From Methanothermococcus sp. SCGC AD-155-E23 (lineage in GTDB: Archaea > AGJL01 > Methanococci > Methanococcales > Methanococcaceae), in the NCBI GenBank assembly GCA_019561615.1, contig JAHEQA010000037.1, forward strand, positions 1-40,543: 40,543 nt of DNA. The letters are read 5' to 3'. The position numbers were made by a program, and so were the translations under genes. Positions 19,583 through 29,639 of the stretch are shown here, piece after piece. The notes beneath the pieces are model-generated. The model saw only the letters and a program-made list of their open reading frames with translations. It ran no database searches and was not told the DNA's origin. Position 1 is the first letter of the stretch; each line of letters opens with the position of its first letter.

Positions 19583-19981
19583 TCACTTCTTATTTTTAAT
19601 ATACTCCTCTATATACTTCTCCAACTCTCCACTGTCCATGGCCTCTATCCACCTTTTAACCTCATTACGCCACTCCTCTATAATCTCCAATATTTTAGAC
19701 CTTACCTCACTGAAGGGAATTGCCTCGTACCTGTAAAAGTACCCCCCCTTTCTAAGATTTACCTGCTTTCTCCTTACAAGACCTGCCTTTATTAAATTCT
19801 GCATAGACCTCTGGATTGTACTCCTGTCTCTATTTAACATCCTTGCAACAGTACTTACCCTCGAGGGCCCATTCTTCAACAGGGTGAGATATACTGCAAC
19901 ATCCAAAGGTTTTATACCAAATACACAGCACATTATATTTTCCAAGGTTAAGGTAGGTGATTTAGAGATAGATCTACTCAT
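19583..19981 (-). CDS. TrmB-type winged-helix transcriptional regulator (short, COG3355-like)
   Basis: CCVFGI...VYLTLL...VARMLNRDRSTIQRSMQNL..AGLV.R...GGYFYRY. Confidence 0.85.
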   Translation of the reverse strand: MSRSISKSPTLTLENIMCCVFGIKPLDVAVYLTLLKNGPSRVSTVARMLNRDRSTIQRSMQNLIKAGLVRRKQVNLRKGGYFYRYEAIPFSEVRSKILEIIEEWRNEVKRWIEAMDSGELEKYIEEYIKNKK

Positions 19982-20149
19982 TAAATCACCGGTAGTACTT
20001 TTTGAACTTATACTATAAATACATTAAGTATCTACTTTTTTTCACAAAATGAGAACAACTACTCCTTTCCAAGTACTTAGAATTTTTAGGTATAATAATT
20101 TTTATAGTAAGGGATTTTTTAAGTAAAGTGAAAAAGAGAGGTGGTTCTC

Positions 20150-21565
20150 ATGGACAGTGAGGCTACTATGAAGTGTGGTCTGGAGATACATGTCCAGGTG
20201 GAGACTAGGTCCAAACTCTTCTGTAGATGTCCCACCAACTACAGTGAGGTACCTCCAAATACCAACATATGTCCAGTATGTATTGGACTCCCTGGGGCAA
20301 GACCTATGCCTCCAAATAAAAAGGCCATAGATGTTGCCATCATGGTAGCCAAGATGCTAAACTGTGAGATAGTAGTTAACAGGGATATCTACTTTCAGAG
20401 GAAGCACTACGACTACCCAGATCTACCAAGTGGTTACCAGAGAACAAGTGTTCCCATAGGTGTAGATGGAAAATTCCTCGATGTGGGGATAGCAGAGGTG
20501 CATCTGGAGGAGGATCCTGGACAGTACAAACCTGACCTAGGTCTAGTGGACTTCAACAGAAGTGGTATCCCCCTTATAGAGATCGTGACAGAGCCTGATA
20601 TAAGATCTCCAGAGGAGGCAAGGGAGTTTCTAAAACAGTTGATGAGGCTCTTTAGATATATTGGGTACCTAAGGGGAGAGGGTACTATGAGGGTAGATGT
20701 GAATATCTCCGTCAACTACAGGGGTATCCAGGGGAACAGGGTTGAGGTTAAGAATATCAACTCTATCAAGGGGGTTTACAAGGTTCTAAAGTACGAGTTC
20801 ATAAGACAGAAGAATATCCTTAAAAGGGGAGGAGAGGTTAAGAGGGAGACCAGGGCATTTATGGAGTCCCAGATGATTACAAGATCTATGAGGGCAAAGG
20901 AAACTGCAGAGGATTACAGGTATATACCAGATCCTGATATCCAGCCTATTGTAATAGACGAGGGGTGGGTTAGAGAGGTAGAGGCCCAGATGCCAGAGAC
21001 ACCCCTTGAGAAGGAGAAGAGGTTTATAAGGGAATATGGGATAAAGGAGGAGGATGCCAAGGTTTTAGTGTCTGATTTAGCCCTTGCCGAAGTCTTTGAG
21101 AAGGTTGTCCAGGATCTAGGTGTAAATGAGAGGAATGTAAACCTTGCAGTGACCTGGATAAGGAACGAGTTAAAGAGGGTTTTAGCCTATAACAAGATTG
21201 ACTTCCTGGAGAGCAACCTAAAACCTGAACATCTAACAGAACTTATAAGGTTGATAACTGATAACACCATAAGTCAGAAGATCGGTAAGAAGGTTATAGA
21301 GATAATGGTGGAGCACAGGGGGAAGAAGTCACCTAGGGAGATTGTTGAGGAGATGGGACTAACTGTAATTACAGAAGATGATATCCTTCTAAAGGCCTGT
21401 GAGGAGGCTATCAAAAACAACCCCAAGGCTGTTAAGGATTACCTAGATGGGAATAAGGTGGCCCTCCACTTCCTTATGGGTCAGGTTATGAAGTTAACAA
21501 GGGGCAGGGCAGAACCTAAGAAGGTTGTTAAAATACTGAAGGAGAAGTTAGACGCTATGACCTAA
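20150..21565 (+). CDS. gatB: Asp-tRNA(Asn)/Glu-tRNA(Gln) amidotransferase subunit B
   Basis: CGLEIHVQ, SKLFC.C, RKHYDYPDLP, HLEEDPG, NRSGIPLIEIVTEP, DYRYIPDPD, MGQVMK. Confidence 0.97.
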   Translation: MDSEATMKCGLEIHVQVETRSKLFCRCPTNYSEVPPNTNICPVCIGLPGARPMPPNKKAIDVAIMVAKMLNCEIVVNRDIYFQRKHYDYPDLPSGYQRTSVPIGVDGKFLDVGIAEVHLEEDPGQYKPDLGLVDFNRSGIPLIEIVTEPDIRSPEEAREFLKQLMRLFRYIGYLRGEGTMRVDVNISVNYRGIQGNRVEVKNINSIKGVYKVLKYEFIRQKNILKRGGEVKRETRAFMESQMITRSMRAKETAEDYRYIPDPDIQPIVIDEGWVREVEAQMPETPLEKEKRFIREYGIKEEDAKVLVSDLALAEVFEKVVQDLGVNERNVNLAVTWIRNELKRVLAYNKIDFLESNLKPEHLTELIRLITDNTISQKIGKKVIEIMVEHRGKKSPREIVEEMGLTVITEDDILLKACEEAIKNNPKAVKDYLDGNKVALHFLMGQVMKLTRGRAEPKKVVKILKEKLDAMT

Positions 21566-21591
21566 CCTCTATTTTTTATCTGGTGAATAAT

Positions 21592-22812
21592 TTGAAGGAG
21601 GATTCTAACCTTAGGGAGACTGTAATTATACTCTGGTTGATATCCTTCATAACCATGCTTGGAATAGGGCTGATAGCACCTCTGATGTCAAAGTACGCCC
21701 AGACACTTGGGGCCTCAAACTTCGAGATTGGAGTTATCTTCGGCTCCTTTGCACTTGCAAGAACCTTTGCACAGATACCTGTAGGATACCTCTCAGATAG
21801 ATACGGTAAGAAGGTATTTCTCCTAATAGGTACCTTCTTCTACGGTTTTTTCACCCTCCTCTACCCCTTTGCAAAATCTGTAATCCATCTCATAGTCCTA
21901 AGGATACTCAACGGTATATCCTCCTCCCTTATAAATCCAGTGGCTGGAGCCTACGTTGCTACCGTGGCACCTAGGGAAAAACTTGGAGAGTATATAGGTT
22001 TATTTAACTCTGCACTACCTCTAGGTTTCTCCCTTGGACCTCTTGTGGGAGGAATGATTGCAAAGTGGTACGGAATAGAGGCACCCTTCTACTTCTGTGG
22101 AGCCTTAAGTTTCCTATCCTTCCTTATATGTCTCTTTAAGCTAAAGAATATTAGGATAAACAGGGATGGAAGTTTTACATACGTCTCAAAGCTTATTGTG
22201 AAAGAGGAGGGAACTACTAAGAGGAAGTTCTTCCCCTTAAAGTTTTTAAGGGACAGGTACTTCCTCTCAGCCTTTATGGTAAACTTGGCCTACTACGTTG
22301 TGAATACTGGCATCATAGCCTATCTAGCTGTATACGTGGGTGACTATATAGGGCTGGACCAGGTTGGTATCCTGATAGCCTCTACAAATTTAACCCTAGG
22401 TATTCTCCAGAGGAAATTTGGGGAGATATACGATAGAACAGGTGGGATTTTCCTCATATATGGAGGGCTCCTTCTAAGTGCCCTTGGACTATACCTACTC
22501 TCCATATCACCTCAATACCTTAAATCCACCCCCCTCCTTCTAAAGATGTTCTCTGCCCTGGAGTTGGTGGGCATAGGTGGAGCCATGTACCTCCCAGTTG
22601 TAAACTCCCTGGCCATGAAGAGGGTGGATATAGAGGAGAAGGGGGCTGCTATGGGTCTATTTACCACAAGTTTAAATATTGGTATGTTCCTAGGTGCTGT
22701 ATTGTTGGGATACCTGGCAGATCTCCTTGGACTCTCCAACATGTACAAGGTATCCTCTCTCATCTTAATCCTTGTAGGTGTATACCTCTACCTCCATATT
22801 AGAGGAGAGTGA
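21592..22812 (+). CDS. MFS transporter (DHA1-like)
   Basis: About 12 hydrophobic segments, motif [18 protein letters not shown]. Confidence 0.9.
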   Translation: MKEDSNLRETVIILWLISFITMLGIGLIAPLMSKYAQTLGASNFEIGVIFGSFALARTFAQIPVGYLSDRYGKKVFLLIGTFFYGFFTLLYPFAKSVIHLIVLRILNGISSSLINPVAGAYVATVAPREKLGEYIGLFNSALPLGFSLGPLVGGMIAKWYGIEAPFYFCGALSFLSFLICLFKLKNIRINRDGSFTYVSKLIVKEEGTTKRKFFPLKFLRDRYFLSAFMVNLAYYVVNTGIIAYLAVYVGDYIGLDQVGILIASTNLTLGILQRKFGEIYDRTGGIFLIYGGLLLSALGLYLLSISPQYLKSTPLLLKMFSALELVGIGGAMYLPVVNSLAMKRVDIEEKGAAMGLFTTSLNIGMFLGAVLLGYLADLLGLSNMYKVSSLILILVGVYLYLHIRGE

Positions 22813-22817
22813 AAGAT

Positions 22818-23468
22818 ATGGGAGTTATAAAGGAGATGATCCCTGTTGTTGAGCGGTTGAAGAGGGAGGGGTATATAAAGAGTGAGAAGGTTATCCAGGC
22901 CCTTTTGAAGGTTCCAAGGGAGGAGTTCCTACCAGAGGGTTTGAAGGAGTACGCCTATGTAGACACCCCCCTAAGTATAGGATACGGCCAGACCATATCA
23001 GCTATACATATGGTAGGTATGATGTGTGAGGCCTTGGATCTAAAGGAGGGGCAGAAGGTTTTAGAGGTAGGTACTGGCTCAGGATACCATGCTGCAGTAG
23101 TGGCGGAGATCGTTGGAAAGGATGGCCTAGTTGTAACTGTAGAGAGAATACCTGAGTTGGCAGAGAGGGCCAGGAAGGTGCTAAAGAAATTAGGCTATGA
23201 CAACGTTATAGTTGTATGTGGAGATGGTACCCTGGGTTATCCACCTCTCGCCCCCTACGACAGGATATACGTCACTGCAGCAGGACCTAAAATACCTAAG
23301 CCACTGATAGAGCAGTTGAAGGATGGGGGAAAGATGGTAATACCTGTAGGTAAGGACCTTCAGGAGTTGATACTCCTGGAAAAGAGAGGAGGTAAGATAT
23401 TTAAAAAGAAGTTATGTGAGGTTGCATTTGTCCCACTTATTGGAGAGGAGGGGTGGAAGGAATATTAA
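22818..23468 (+). CDS. pcm: Protein-L-isoaspartate O-methyltransferase
   Basis: [46 protein letters not shown]. Confidence 0.97.
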   Translation: MGVIKEMIPVVERLKREGYIKSEKVIQALLKVPREEFLPEGLKEYAYVDTPLSIGYGQTISAIHMVGMMCEALDLKEGQKVLEVGTGSGYHAAVVAEIVGKDGLVVTVERIPELAERARKVLKKLGYDNVIVVCGDGTLGYPPLAPYDRIYVTAAGPKIPKPLIEQLKDGGKMVIPVGKDLQELILLEKRGGKIFKKKLCEVAFVPLIGEEGWKEY

Positions 23469-23507
23469 ATATAAAGGAGAGATATAATACTTTTAAAAGG
23501 TGGTAGA

Positions 23508-23753
23508 ATGATAATCAGGGTACTGGGAACAGGATGCCCAAAGTGTAAAAAGACCTATGAGAATGTTAAGAAGGCTGTAGAGGAGCTAGGTATAGATGCA
23601 GAGATCCAGAAGGTGGAGGATATAGATGAGATATCCCAGTGGGTGATGCTCACCCCAGGGGTAGTCTTTGACGATGTAGTGGTATTTGAAGGCAAGATAC
23701 CCACTGTAGAGGAGATAAAGAGGGAGTTAATGGATTACTTAAAAGGTAATTAA
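23508..23753 (+). CDS. Small thioredoxin-like redox disulfide protein (MTH895 type)
   Basis: VLGTGCPKC, MLTPGVV cis-Pro motif, EGKIP. Confidence 0.9.
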   Translation: MIIRVLGTGCPKCKKTYENVKKAVEELGIDAEIQKVEDIDEISQWVMLTPGVVFDDVVVFEGKIPTVEEIKRELMDYLKGN

Positions 23754-23762
23754 GGTGATAAG

Positions 23763-24152
23763 ATGAAGGTAGGGATAATAGCCTGTGAAAAGATGGTTAA
23801 AATGGGATGTCCAGGGAAGGAGGCATGTGTATCCTGCTTTAAGGCGATAAATGAAAAAAGTGGAGCCTTTGAGAGGTACAAGGATGTGGAGTTAGTGGCA
23901 TTTACAAACTGTGGAGGCTGCCCAGGTAAGAGGTTCCCCTCTAGAATAAAAATGCTTAAAAAAGTCTGTAATGTTGAGGCTATCCATATAGCAAACTGTA
24001 CTTTTTTAGAGCCAAAGTGTCCATACATAGACTTTGAGAGCATCTGTGAGAAATTGATGAGGGAGTTAGGTATCCCTATAGTCTTTGGTACCCACACATT
24101 GATAAAAAAGGATGTCCTAGTATGTAGCTGTGACGAGAATAAGGAGAATTAA
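23763..24152 (+). CDS. CGGC-domain metal-binding protein
   Basis: KVGIIAC, CPG..C, NCGGCPG, IHIANC, CP, VFGTH. Confidence 0.88.
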   Translation: MKVGIIACEKMVKMGCPGKEACVSCFKAINEKSGAFERYKDVELVAFTNCGGCPGKRFPSRIKMLKKVCNVEAIHIANCTFLEPKCPYIDFESICEKLMRELGIPIVFGTHTLIKKDVLVCSCDENKEN

Positions 24153-24185
24153 ATCTATTTTTATTATTTTTTAAGGGGAGATAGA

Positions 24186-25643
24186 ATGAGAGAGGTTATA
24201 GAGAAAACACTATCTATATGTCCCAGGTGTTTTAAGAGGATCCCTGCTATTCTCTACGAAGAGGATGGAAAGGTATTTATGGAAAAGACCTGTCCTGAAC
24301 ATGGTAGATTTAAAGATCTCTACTGGAGTGATGCCCAGCTATACAGGAAGTTTAACAGATACGAGTATGTGGGTAGTATCCAGGTTACTCACACTAAGAG
24401 AGAGAAGGGATGTCCCTACGACTGTGGACTGTGCCCCAACCACAAGACTGCAACGGTACTTGCAAATATCGACTTAACCAACAGGTGTAACTTGAATTGT
24501 CCCATATGTTTTGCAAATGCAGGTAAAACTGGAGTGGTCTATGAACCAACCTTTGAGGAAGTAAAGAGGATGATGGAGATCTTGAGAAGTGAGATTCCAC
24601 CAACTCCTGCAATACAGTTTGCAGGTGGAGAACCTACAGTGAGAGAGGATCTCTTTGATATTATAAAGTTAGCCAGGGAGATGGGATTTTTACATATCCA
24701 ACTGGCTACAAATGGCATAAGGTTGAGGAAGAGGGAATACGTAAGGAGACTTAAAGAGGTTGGATTGTCTACCATCTACCTTCAATTTGACGGGATGTCA
24801 GAGAAACCCTATCAAATAGCCAGGGGGAAAAACCTCCTACCTGTTAAGATGAAGGTAATTGAAAACTGTAAGGAGGTAGGATTTAACAGTGTAGTCCTGG
24901 TCCCAACCCTGGTTAAAGGAGTTAACCATGGGGAGGTTGGAGATATAATAAGATATGCAGTGGAGAATTTTGAGGTTATTAGGGGTATTAACTTTCAACC
25001 AGTCTCCTTTACTGGAAGGATAGATGAGGAGAAGAGGTTGGAGGGTAGGATAACAATCCCTGACTTTATAAAGTTAGTTGAGGAGCAAACTGAGGGGGAG
25101 ATTACCAGGGATGACTTCTATCCAGTACCTGTTGTGGCTCCAATCTCCCTATTTGTAGAGAAGATACTTAATATGAAAAAACCTGTTATTGGATCCCATC
25201 AACACTGTGGAGTGTCCACCTACCTATTCCTTGATAACGGCAGGATGATACCCCTTCCAAGGTTCTTCGATGTTGAAGGCTTCTTAGAGATTATAAGGGA
25301 GAAAAATGAGGAGTTAGAAAAGGGAAGAGGTAAAATCACCTCTCTTTTGGACCTTGGTGTAAAAGTGTTGAAGTTTATTGACAGGGATAGGGCACCTAAA
25401 AGCCTCAATTTAAAAAGTTTAGCCCATATTATAGTGGACATACTAAGGGGTAATTATGACTCCCTTGTAAAGTTACACCACAGTATACTTATGATAGGTT
25501 GTATGCACTTTATGGATCCCTACAACTTCAACATAAAGAGATGTGAAAGGTGCTGTATCCACTATGCCCTCCCAGATGGAAGGGTTATACCCTTCTGTAC
25601 CTTTAACACCATCCATAGACCCCTGATATTTAGGGGAGGCTAA
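24186..25643 (+). CDS. tes: Tetraether lipid synthase (GDGT-macrocyclic archaeol synthase), radical SAM
   Basis: N-terminal CPRC...CPEH metal site, CPYDCGLC auxiliary cluster, CNLNCPIC SAM cluster, GGEPT, C-terminal MHFMD...RCCIHY...PFC; recalled similarity to MJ0619. Confidence 0.9.
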   Translation: MREVIEKTLSICPRCFKRIPAILYEEDGKVFMEKTCPEHGRFKDLYWSDAQLYRKFNRYEYVGSIQVTHTKREKGCPYDCGLCPNHKTATVLANIDLTNRCNLNCPICFANAGKTGVVYEPTFEEVKRMMEILRSEIPPTPAIQFAGGEPTVREDLFDIIKLAREMGFLHIQLATNGIRLRKREYVRRLKEVGLSTIYLQFDGMSEKPYQIARGKNLLPVKMKVIENCKEVGFNSVVLVPTLVKGVNHGEVGDIIRYAVENFEVIRGINFQPVSFTGRIDEEKRLEGRITIPDFIKLVEEQTEGEITRDDFYPVPVVAPISLFVEKILNMKKPVIGSHQHCGVSTYLFLDNGRMIPLPRFFDVEGFLEIIREKNEELEKGRGKITSLLDLGVKVLKFIDRDRAPKSLNLKSLAHIIVDILRGNYDSLVKLHHSILMIGCMHFMDPYNFNIKRCERCCIHYALPDGRVIPFCTFNTIHRPLIFRGG

Positions 25644-27968
25644 TTACTTAAAGAAGTCCTGTAAGGTACACTGCCTACTTTCACTTTTAAGTTCCTCCCT
25701 GGATACTCCAAGAGACTCCATTATTCTTATCACAGGTGGGAGGACCTGGTGGTCTATATAGTAGTTTACATCGTAGTCCTTTGCATCCTCTGGTAACTCT
25801 GCCCTCTCACTTACAGGTCCACTACCACTTGTTATAATATATCCCACTACATCCCCTACCATCAACCTTCCCCCCTTCCTCAGGATCTTTTTTGCAACTT
25901 CAACATGGGGGGCAGTTGTCTTATACTTGGATATATCCTTTGTTATCTGTGTGTAAATAATTAGATCCTCCTTCTTCACCCTACCCTTTCTCAGATCCTC
26001 TATGGTGTTGATTACAATATCCTTGGCCATCTTAATATCTCCCTTCTCAAGTAGTGCCTTAAGTACCTCCTTCTGAGTCTTCTTCGCTATTTTGGACCAA
26101 TCCCTCCTAACAAGTTCCAACCCCTTTATCACTATCCTGTTGTTCTCATCGAGAAGGGCGTACTTCTTCTTTGTGACAAATATCCCTCTCTTATAGTATC
26201 CCTCAAATTCCAACTCCATATCCCCTGGAAGTTTCTTATTCATCTCCCTTAAAAACTCATAGGCCCTCTCCAATAACTCCTCCTTACTTTTCACCCCCTC
26301 CATCGTTGCATATAGACCATCTGTATCTGCGTATATCACCTTAAAGCCGTACTTTTCTACCTCCTCTATAGTCCTCTGGATAAACATCCTACCTAGATAG
26401 GTTATTACCTCGGCACATTCCTTGGAGTACCACCTTGCCCTTGGATAGGCTAGATAACCGTAGTGACTGTTTGCCAACACCTTCAAGGATCTCTGTTCAT
26501 AATCTAGGAGGGCGTAGTGGGGTGAGTCAGGATCCATCTTCTTCAACTCCTCCTTTATCTCCCTCCTCCTCTTGAGTAACTTATGGAGCACCTCAGGTAT
26601 AAGACCCCTTCTCCTCTTACAGAACCAGTGCCCAAGTATCTTCTCAGATTCCCCCTCACAACAACCACAGTCTATGGTATCTGGACTTATGTTGTAGGTT
26701 ATTATTATAGAGGGGTATAGGGATCTAAAGTCCATACTCACTATATGTTCATGGATACCCTTAATAGGTTCCTTTACATAACCCCCCTCGTAGTACTCCC
26801 TAAGTCTTCTCTTGTACTCCTCCTCAGAGGGTCTGTTAGGTGCTAAGAAATTCTTTTTATAGGAGTGTTTCAGTAGAAGATACTCCACCATCTGACTACT
26901 ACTCATTCTACTAACTTCAAAGAGGGTCTGATTTACAATCCTCGAGAACATCACCTCTAGAGGTAAAAAGTACTCCCCAACTAGATAGGTGTAGTAGGCG
27001 TCCTGGAAGGAGTACTCCACAAGGTTTCTATCCCCCTCCTCCCACAGCTTACCTATGTTCCCATGGCCAACTTCCAACTTACGTACCCCAAAGAGTTCAT
27101 AACATACCTCCTCCAAGGTGTACTTACTAAGATTTAACGTCCTCCTTACAATGGGGTAGAGATCCACATGTATCCTTCCAGGGATGTAACTCCTGAGATA
27201 CATCCCTCCCCTTGATATCCTTATATCCAGGGGGATCTTAACACCTAGGTATTTGGCCCTCTTTACCAGATATGGGAAGTCGAAGTTGTCTCCGTTGTAG
27301 GTATATATTAAGTTGTAGTCCCTAAGGATCTCTACAGTCCTCTTTATCAACTCCCTCTCGTTCTCCACCAACTCCAGGTACTTATGATCAAAGGGCTTGT
27401 AGGAGAGAACCTTCTTTACACCATTGGAGTAGATACTTACAAGAAGTATAGGGTCTCTATCTGGTACAGGTTCCCTACCTCTACAGTACACCTCCATGTC
27501 AAAGGCTATAGCCTTCAACTTCGGTATCTCCTTACTTACCACCTCCCTTCTCTCCCTGTCTTCAATATTCCTGTAGTATACCATGGGGATTATGTCGTTG
27601 TCTATGAGATACCTCTTTGTAAAGGGGATGTCATGCTCGTATATCTCCCCCAACTCCCTAAGTACCCTAAGTTTTGGCACATCCTTTGGGTACTTTACAA
27701 CTACTTTTGTAATAGGTTTCCTGATGATCCTCTCCCTACTTCTAAGATCCCTGTTTATTACAATCTTCTCTGTGTTTTCCATCTTCTCTATACGGTAGAG
27801 TAAATCTCTGTGGTTTTTTTCAAGGTATTTCTCTATCTCCTCTGGAGGTGCATCTACGTAGAAGTAGGGTTTAAAATCCCTGTCCTTTATAAGACCTTTC
27901 AGTAGATAGAGGTATATACACTTATCCTCAGGGTTGTAATCCACATCTATCAAGGCGTTTCTCTCCAT
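25644..27968 (-). CDS. polB: Family B DNA polymerase, intein-free
   Basis: ExoI FDME, ExoII YNGDNFDFPY, DFRSLYPSII, KVLANSHYGY, YADTDG, C-terminal PIP box QCTLQDFF; ATG 27968. Confidence 0.97.
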   Translation of the reverse strand: MERNALIDVDYNPEDKCIYLYLLKGLIKDRDFKPYFYVDAPPEEIEKYLEKNHRDLLYRIEKMENTEKIVINRDLRSRERIIRKPITKVVVKYPKDVPKLRVLRELGEIYEHDIPFTKRYLIDNDIIPMVYYRNIEDRERREVVSKEIPKLKAIAFDMEVYCRGREPVPDRDPILLVSIYSNGVKKVLSYKPFDHKYLELVENERELIKRTVEILRDYNLIYTYNGDNFDFPYLVKRAKYLGVKIPLDIRISRGGMYLRSYIPGRIHVDLYPIVRRTLNLSKYTLEEVCYELFGVRKLEVGHGNIGKLWEEGDRNLVEYSFQDAYYTYLVGEYFLPLEVMFSRIVNQTLFEVSRMSSSQMVEYLLLKHSYKKNFLAPNRPSEEEYKRRLREYYEGGYVKEPIKGIHEHIVSMDFRSLYPSIIITYNISPDTIDCGCCEGESEKILGHWFCKRRRGLIPEVLHKLLKRRREIKEELKKMDPDSPHYALLDYEQRSLKVLANSHYGYLAYPRARWYSKECAEVITYLGRMFIQRTIEEVEKYGFKVIYADTDGLYATMEGVKSKEELLERAYEFLREMNKKLPGDMELEFEGYYKRGIFVTKKKYALLDENNRIVIKGLELVRRDWSKIAKKTQKEVLKALLEKGDIKMAKDIVINTIEDLRKGRVKKEDLIIYTQITKDISKYKTTAPHVEVAKKILRKGGRLMVGDVVGYIITSGSGPVSERAELPEDAKDYDVNYYIDHQVLPPVIRIMESLGVSREELKSESRQCTLQDFFK

Positions 27969-28071
27969 AATAACACCCTCTAGGGCTCTTAATAACAACC
28001 TATAAAAATAAAAAACTAGACTTTTTATTTTAATTCTCCATCATGGGAGGGAAGTTGAAAGGTGATCTCTT

Positions 28072-28500
28072 ATGAAAGGGGAGGTCCTGGCACTTATCAT
28101 AGCGATGATGTGGGGGATATTTCCCATTATTGAGAAGAAGGCGTTGGAGTATATAGATCCCTCGACAGCACTATTTCTTATTGTATCAATGAACTTTCTC
28201 CTAATATCCTCCCTATATATTTTACTGGGAAAGATCAGTATAGAGGGTCTCAAGTCTCTACCCTTTAAACCTGTTGTTTTTCTTGCGCTTGTATCCCTTG
28301 GAAGTGTAATATCCACCTACCTCTACTACAAGGCCCTAAAACTCTCTTCACCTTCAAAGATCGTATTGATTACCAGTGTATATCCCTTCTTTACCATACT
28401 TGTCAACTCCCTTATAACCAGGGAGTTACCCTCTATAAAAATAGTATTTGGGGCTTTTTTTATATTCCTGGGGGTGTACCTTGTGATGGATTATCTCTAA
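28072..28500 (+). CDS. EamA/DMT-family single-domain membrane protein
   Basis: Five hydrophobic segments, MWGIFPIIEK, YYKAL, SVYP. Confidence 0.82.
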   Translation: MKGEVLALIIAMMWGIFPIIEKKALEYIDPSTALFLIVSMNFLLISSLYILLGKISIEGLKSLPFKPVVFLALVSLGSVISTYLYYKALKLSSPSKIVLITSVYPFFTILVNSLITRELPSIKIVFGAFFIFLGVYLVMDYL

Positions 28501-28559
28501 AAAAATTTAAATATTACAATAATTCTAAGAGAATCTAAATAATAGATCAGGTGGCAGAG

Positions 28560-29081
28560 ATGTTGAAGAGATTAAAGAGGTTTATCCTTGGTAACGACGA
28601 ACCTCCAAAACAACTTCCTATCAAGGAGGATTACATCATTATAGATGAAAAACCCTCTGCCTATGAGATAAGGGGGGATGAAGAGATACCTCTCCCTAAC
28701 TCTAAGATAGTGTCTAAATTAGAGGTAGAGAAAAGGGAATCTCTCCTAGATAGTGAGGAGGATAAGAATAACAGCAGGGAAAAGGAGGGTAAAGTGGATA
28801 TCCACAAGATACTACCTAGGGTATTAACAGCTAGGTTGAAGTCCCCCCATGACTTTGAAAACTTGAAGAAGATAATAGACCACGACGTTATTATCATCAA
28901 CCACGAGGAGATGTCCCTCGAAGTCTTTGAAAAGGAATTCCTAGATTTTAAAAAGTACATGGAAACCCTAAATTACTCCCTCTGGAGAGTTGACGACAAC
29001 GTAATCTTAATAGCCCACTCTGACGTGAACATTGACAAGTACAAGTCTGAGACCCTTGTGAAGAGTGTTAGGAACAACTAA
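28560..29081 (+). CDS. sepF: SepF-like (DUF552) cell-division protein, divergent
   Basis: Amphipathic N-terminus MLKRLKRFILG, charged linker, C-terminal domain with SepF-like pattern (DVIIIN...RVDDNVILI...VNI). Confidence 0.6.
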   Translation: MLKRLKRFILGNDEPPKQLPIKEDYIIIDEKPSAYEIRGDEEIPLPNSKIVSKLEVEKRESLLDSEEDKNNSREKEGKVDIHKILPRVLTARLKSPHDFENLKKIIDHDVIIINHEEMSLEVFEKEFLDFKKYMETLNYSLWRVDDNVILIAHSDVNIDKYKSETLVKSVRNN

Positions 29082-29090
29082 GGTGGTATT

Positions 29091-29639
29091 ATAAAGTTGG
29101 CAATCACAGGTACCCCTGGGGTAGGGAAATCCACCATCTCTAAAGTTCTTAGAGATAGGCTTAGGGAGAAGGGCCTCTCTGTTAAATACATAGATCTCAG
29201 TGAGGTTGTAAAGAGGGAAAAACTCTATACAGAGAAGGATGAATCCATGGACTCCTACGTAGTAGATTTTCAAAAACTCAGGGAGTATTTAAGGGGTTTG
29301 AAGGGGGATGTTCTAATCCTCGATGGACATATAAGTCATCTTCTCGACGTGGACTACATAGTGGTACTTAGGTGTAACCCCAAGGTGATTGAGGAGAGGT
29401 TGAAGAGACGAGGTTATTCAGAGGAGAAAATTAGGGAAAATGTAGGGGCGGAGATACTAGATGTCTCCCTTGTGGAGTCCTTGGAGAGATTGAAGAGGGA
29501 TAACATACCTGTATACGAGATAGATACCACCAAGAGAAGTGTGGACTCCATTGTAGAGGAGATTGTTGAAGGTATGGAGAAGAGAAGGGTAAGGTACGGT
29601 ATAGTGGATTGGCTGGAGGACTACTTTTTTATGCTCTAA
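29091..29639 (+). CDS. Adenylate kinase AK6/Fap7 family
   Basis: AITGTPGVGKST P-loop, ILDGHISH, VLRCNP, RL.RRGYSEEKIREN..AE; start proposed at ATA 29091 (ORF track uses TTG 29097). Confidence 0.9.
   Translation: MKLAITGTPGVGKSTISKVLRDRLREKGLSVKYIDLSEVVKREKLYTEKDESMDSYVVDFQKLREYLRGLKGDVLILDGHISHLLDVDYIVVLRCNPKVIEERLKRRGYSEEKIRENVGAEILDVSLVESLERLKRDNIPVYEIDTTKRSVDSIVEEIVEGMEKRRVRYGIVDWLEDYFFML

Noticed and set aside
25644-27968. Possible inteins in PolB
   Set aside because: DFRSLYPS, LANSHYG and YADTDG sites are all continuous.
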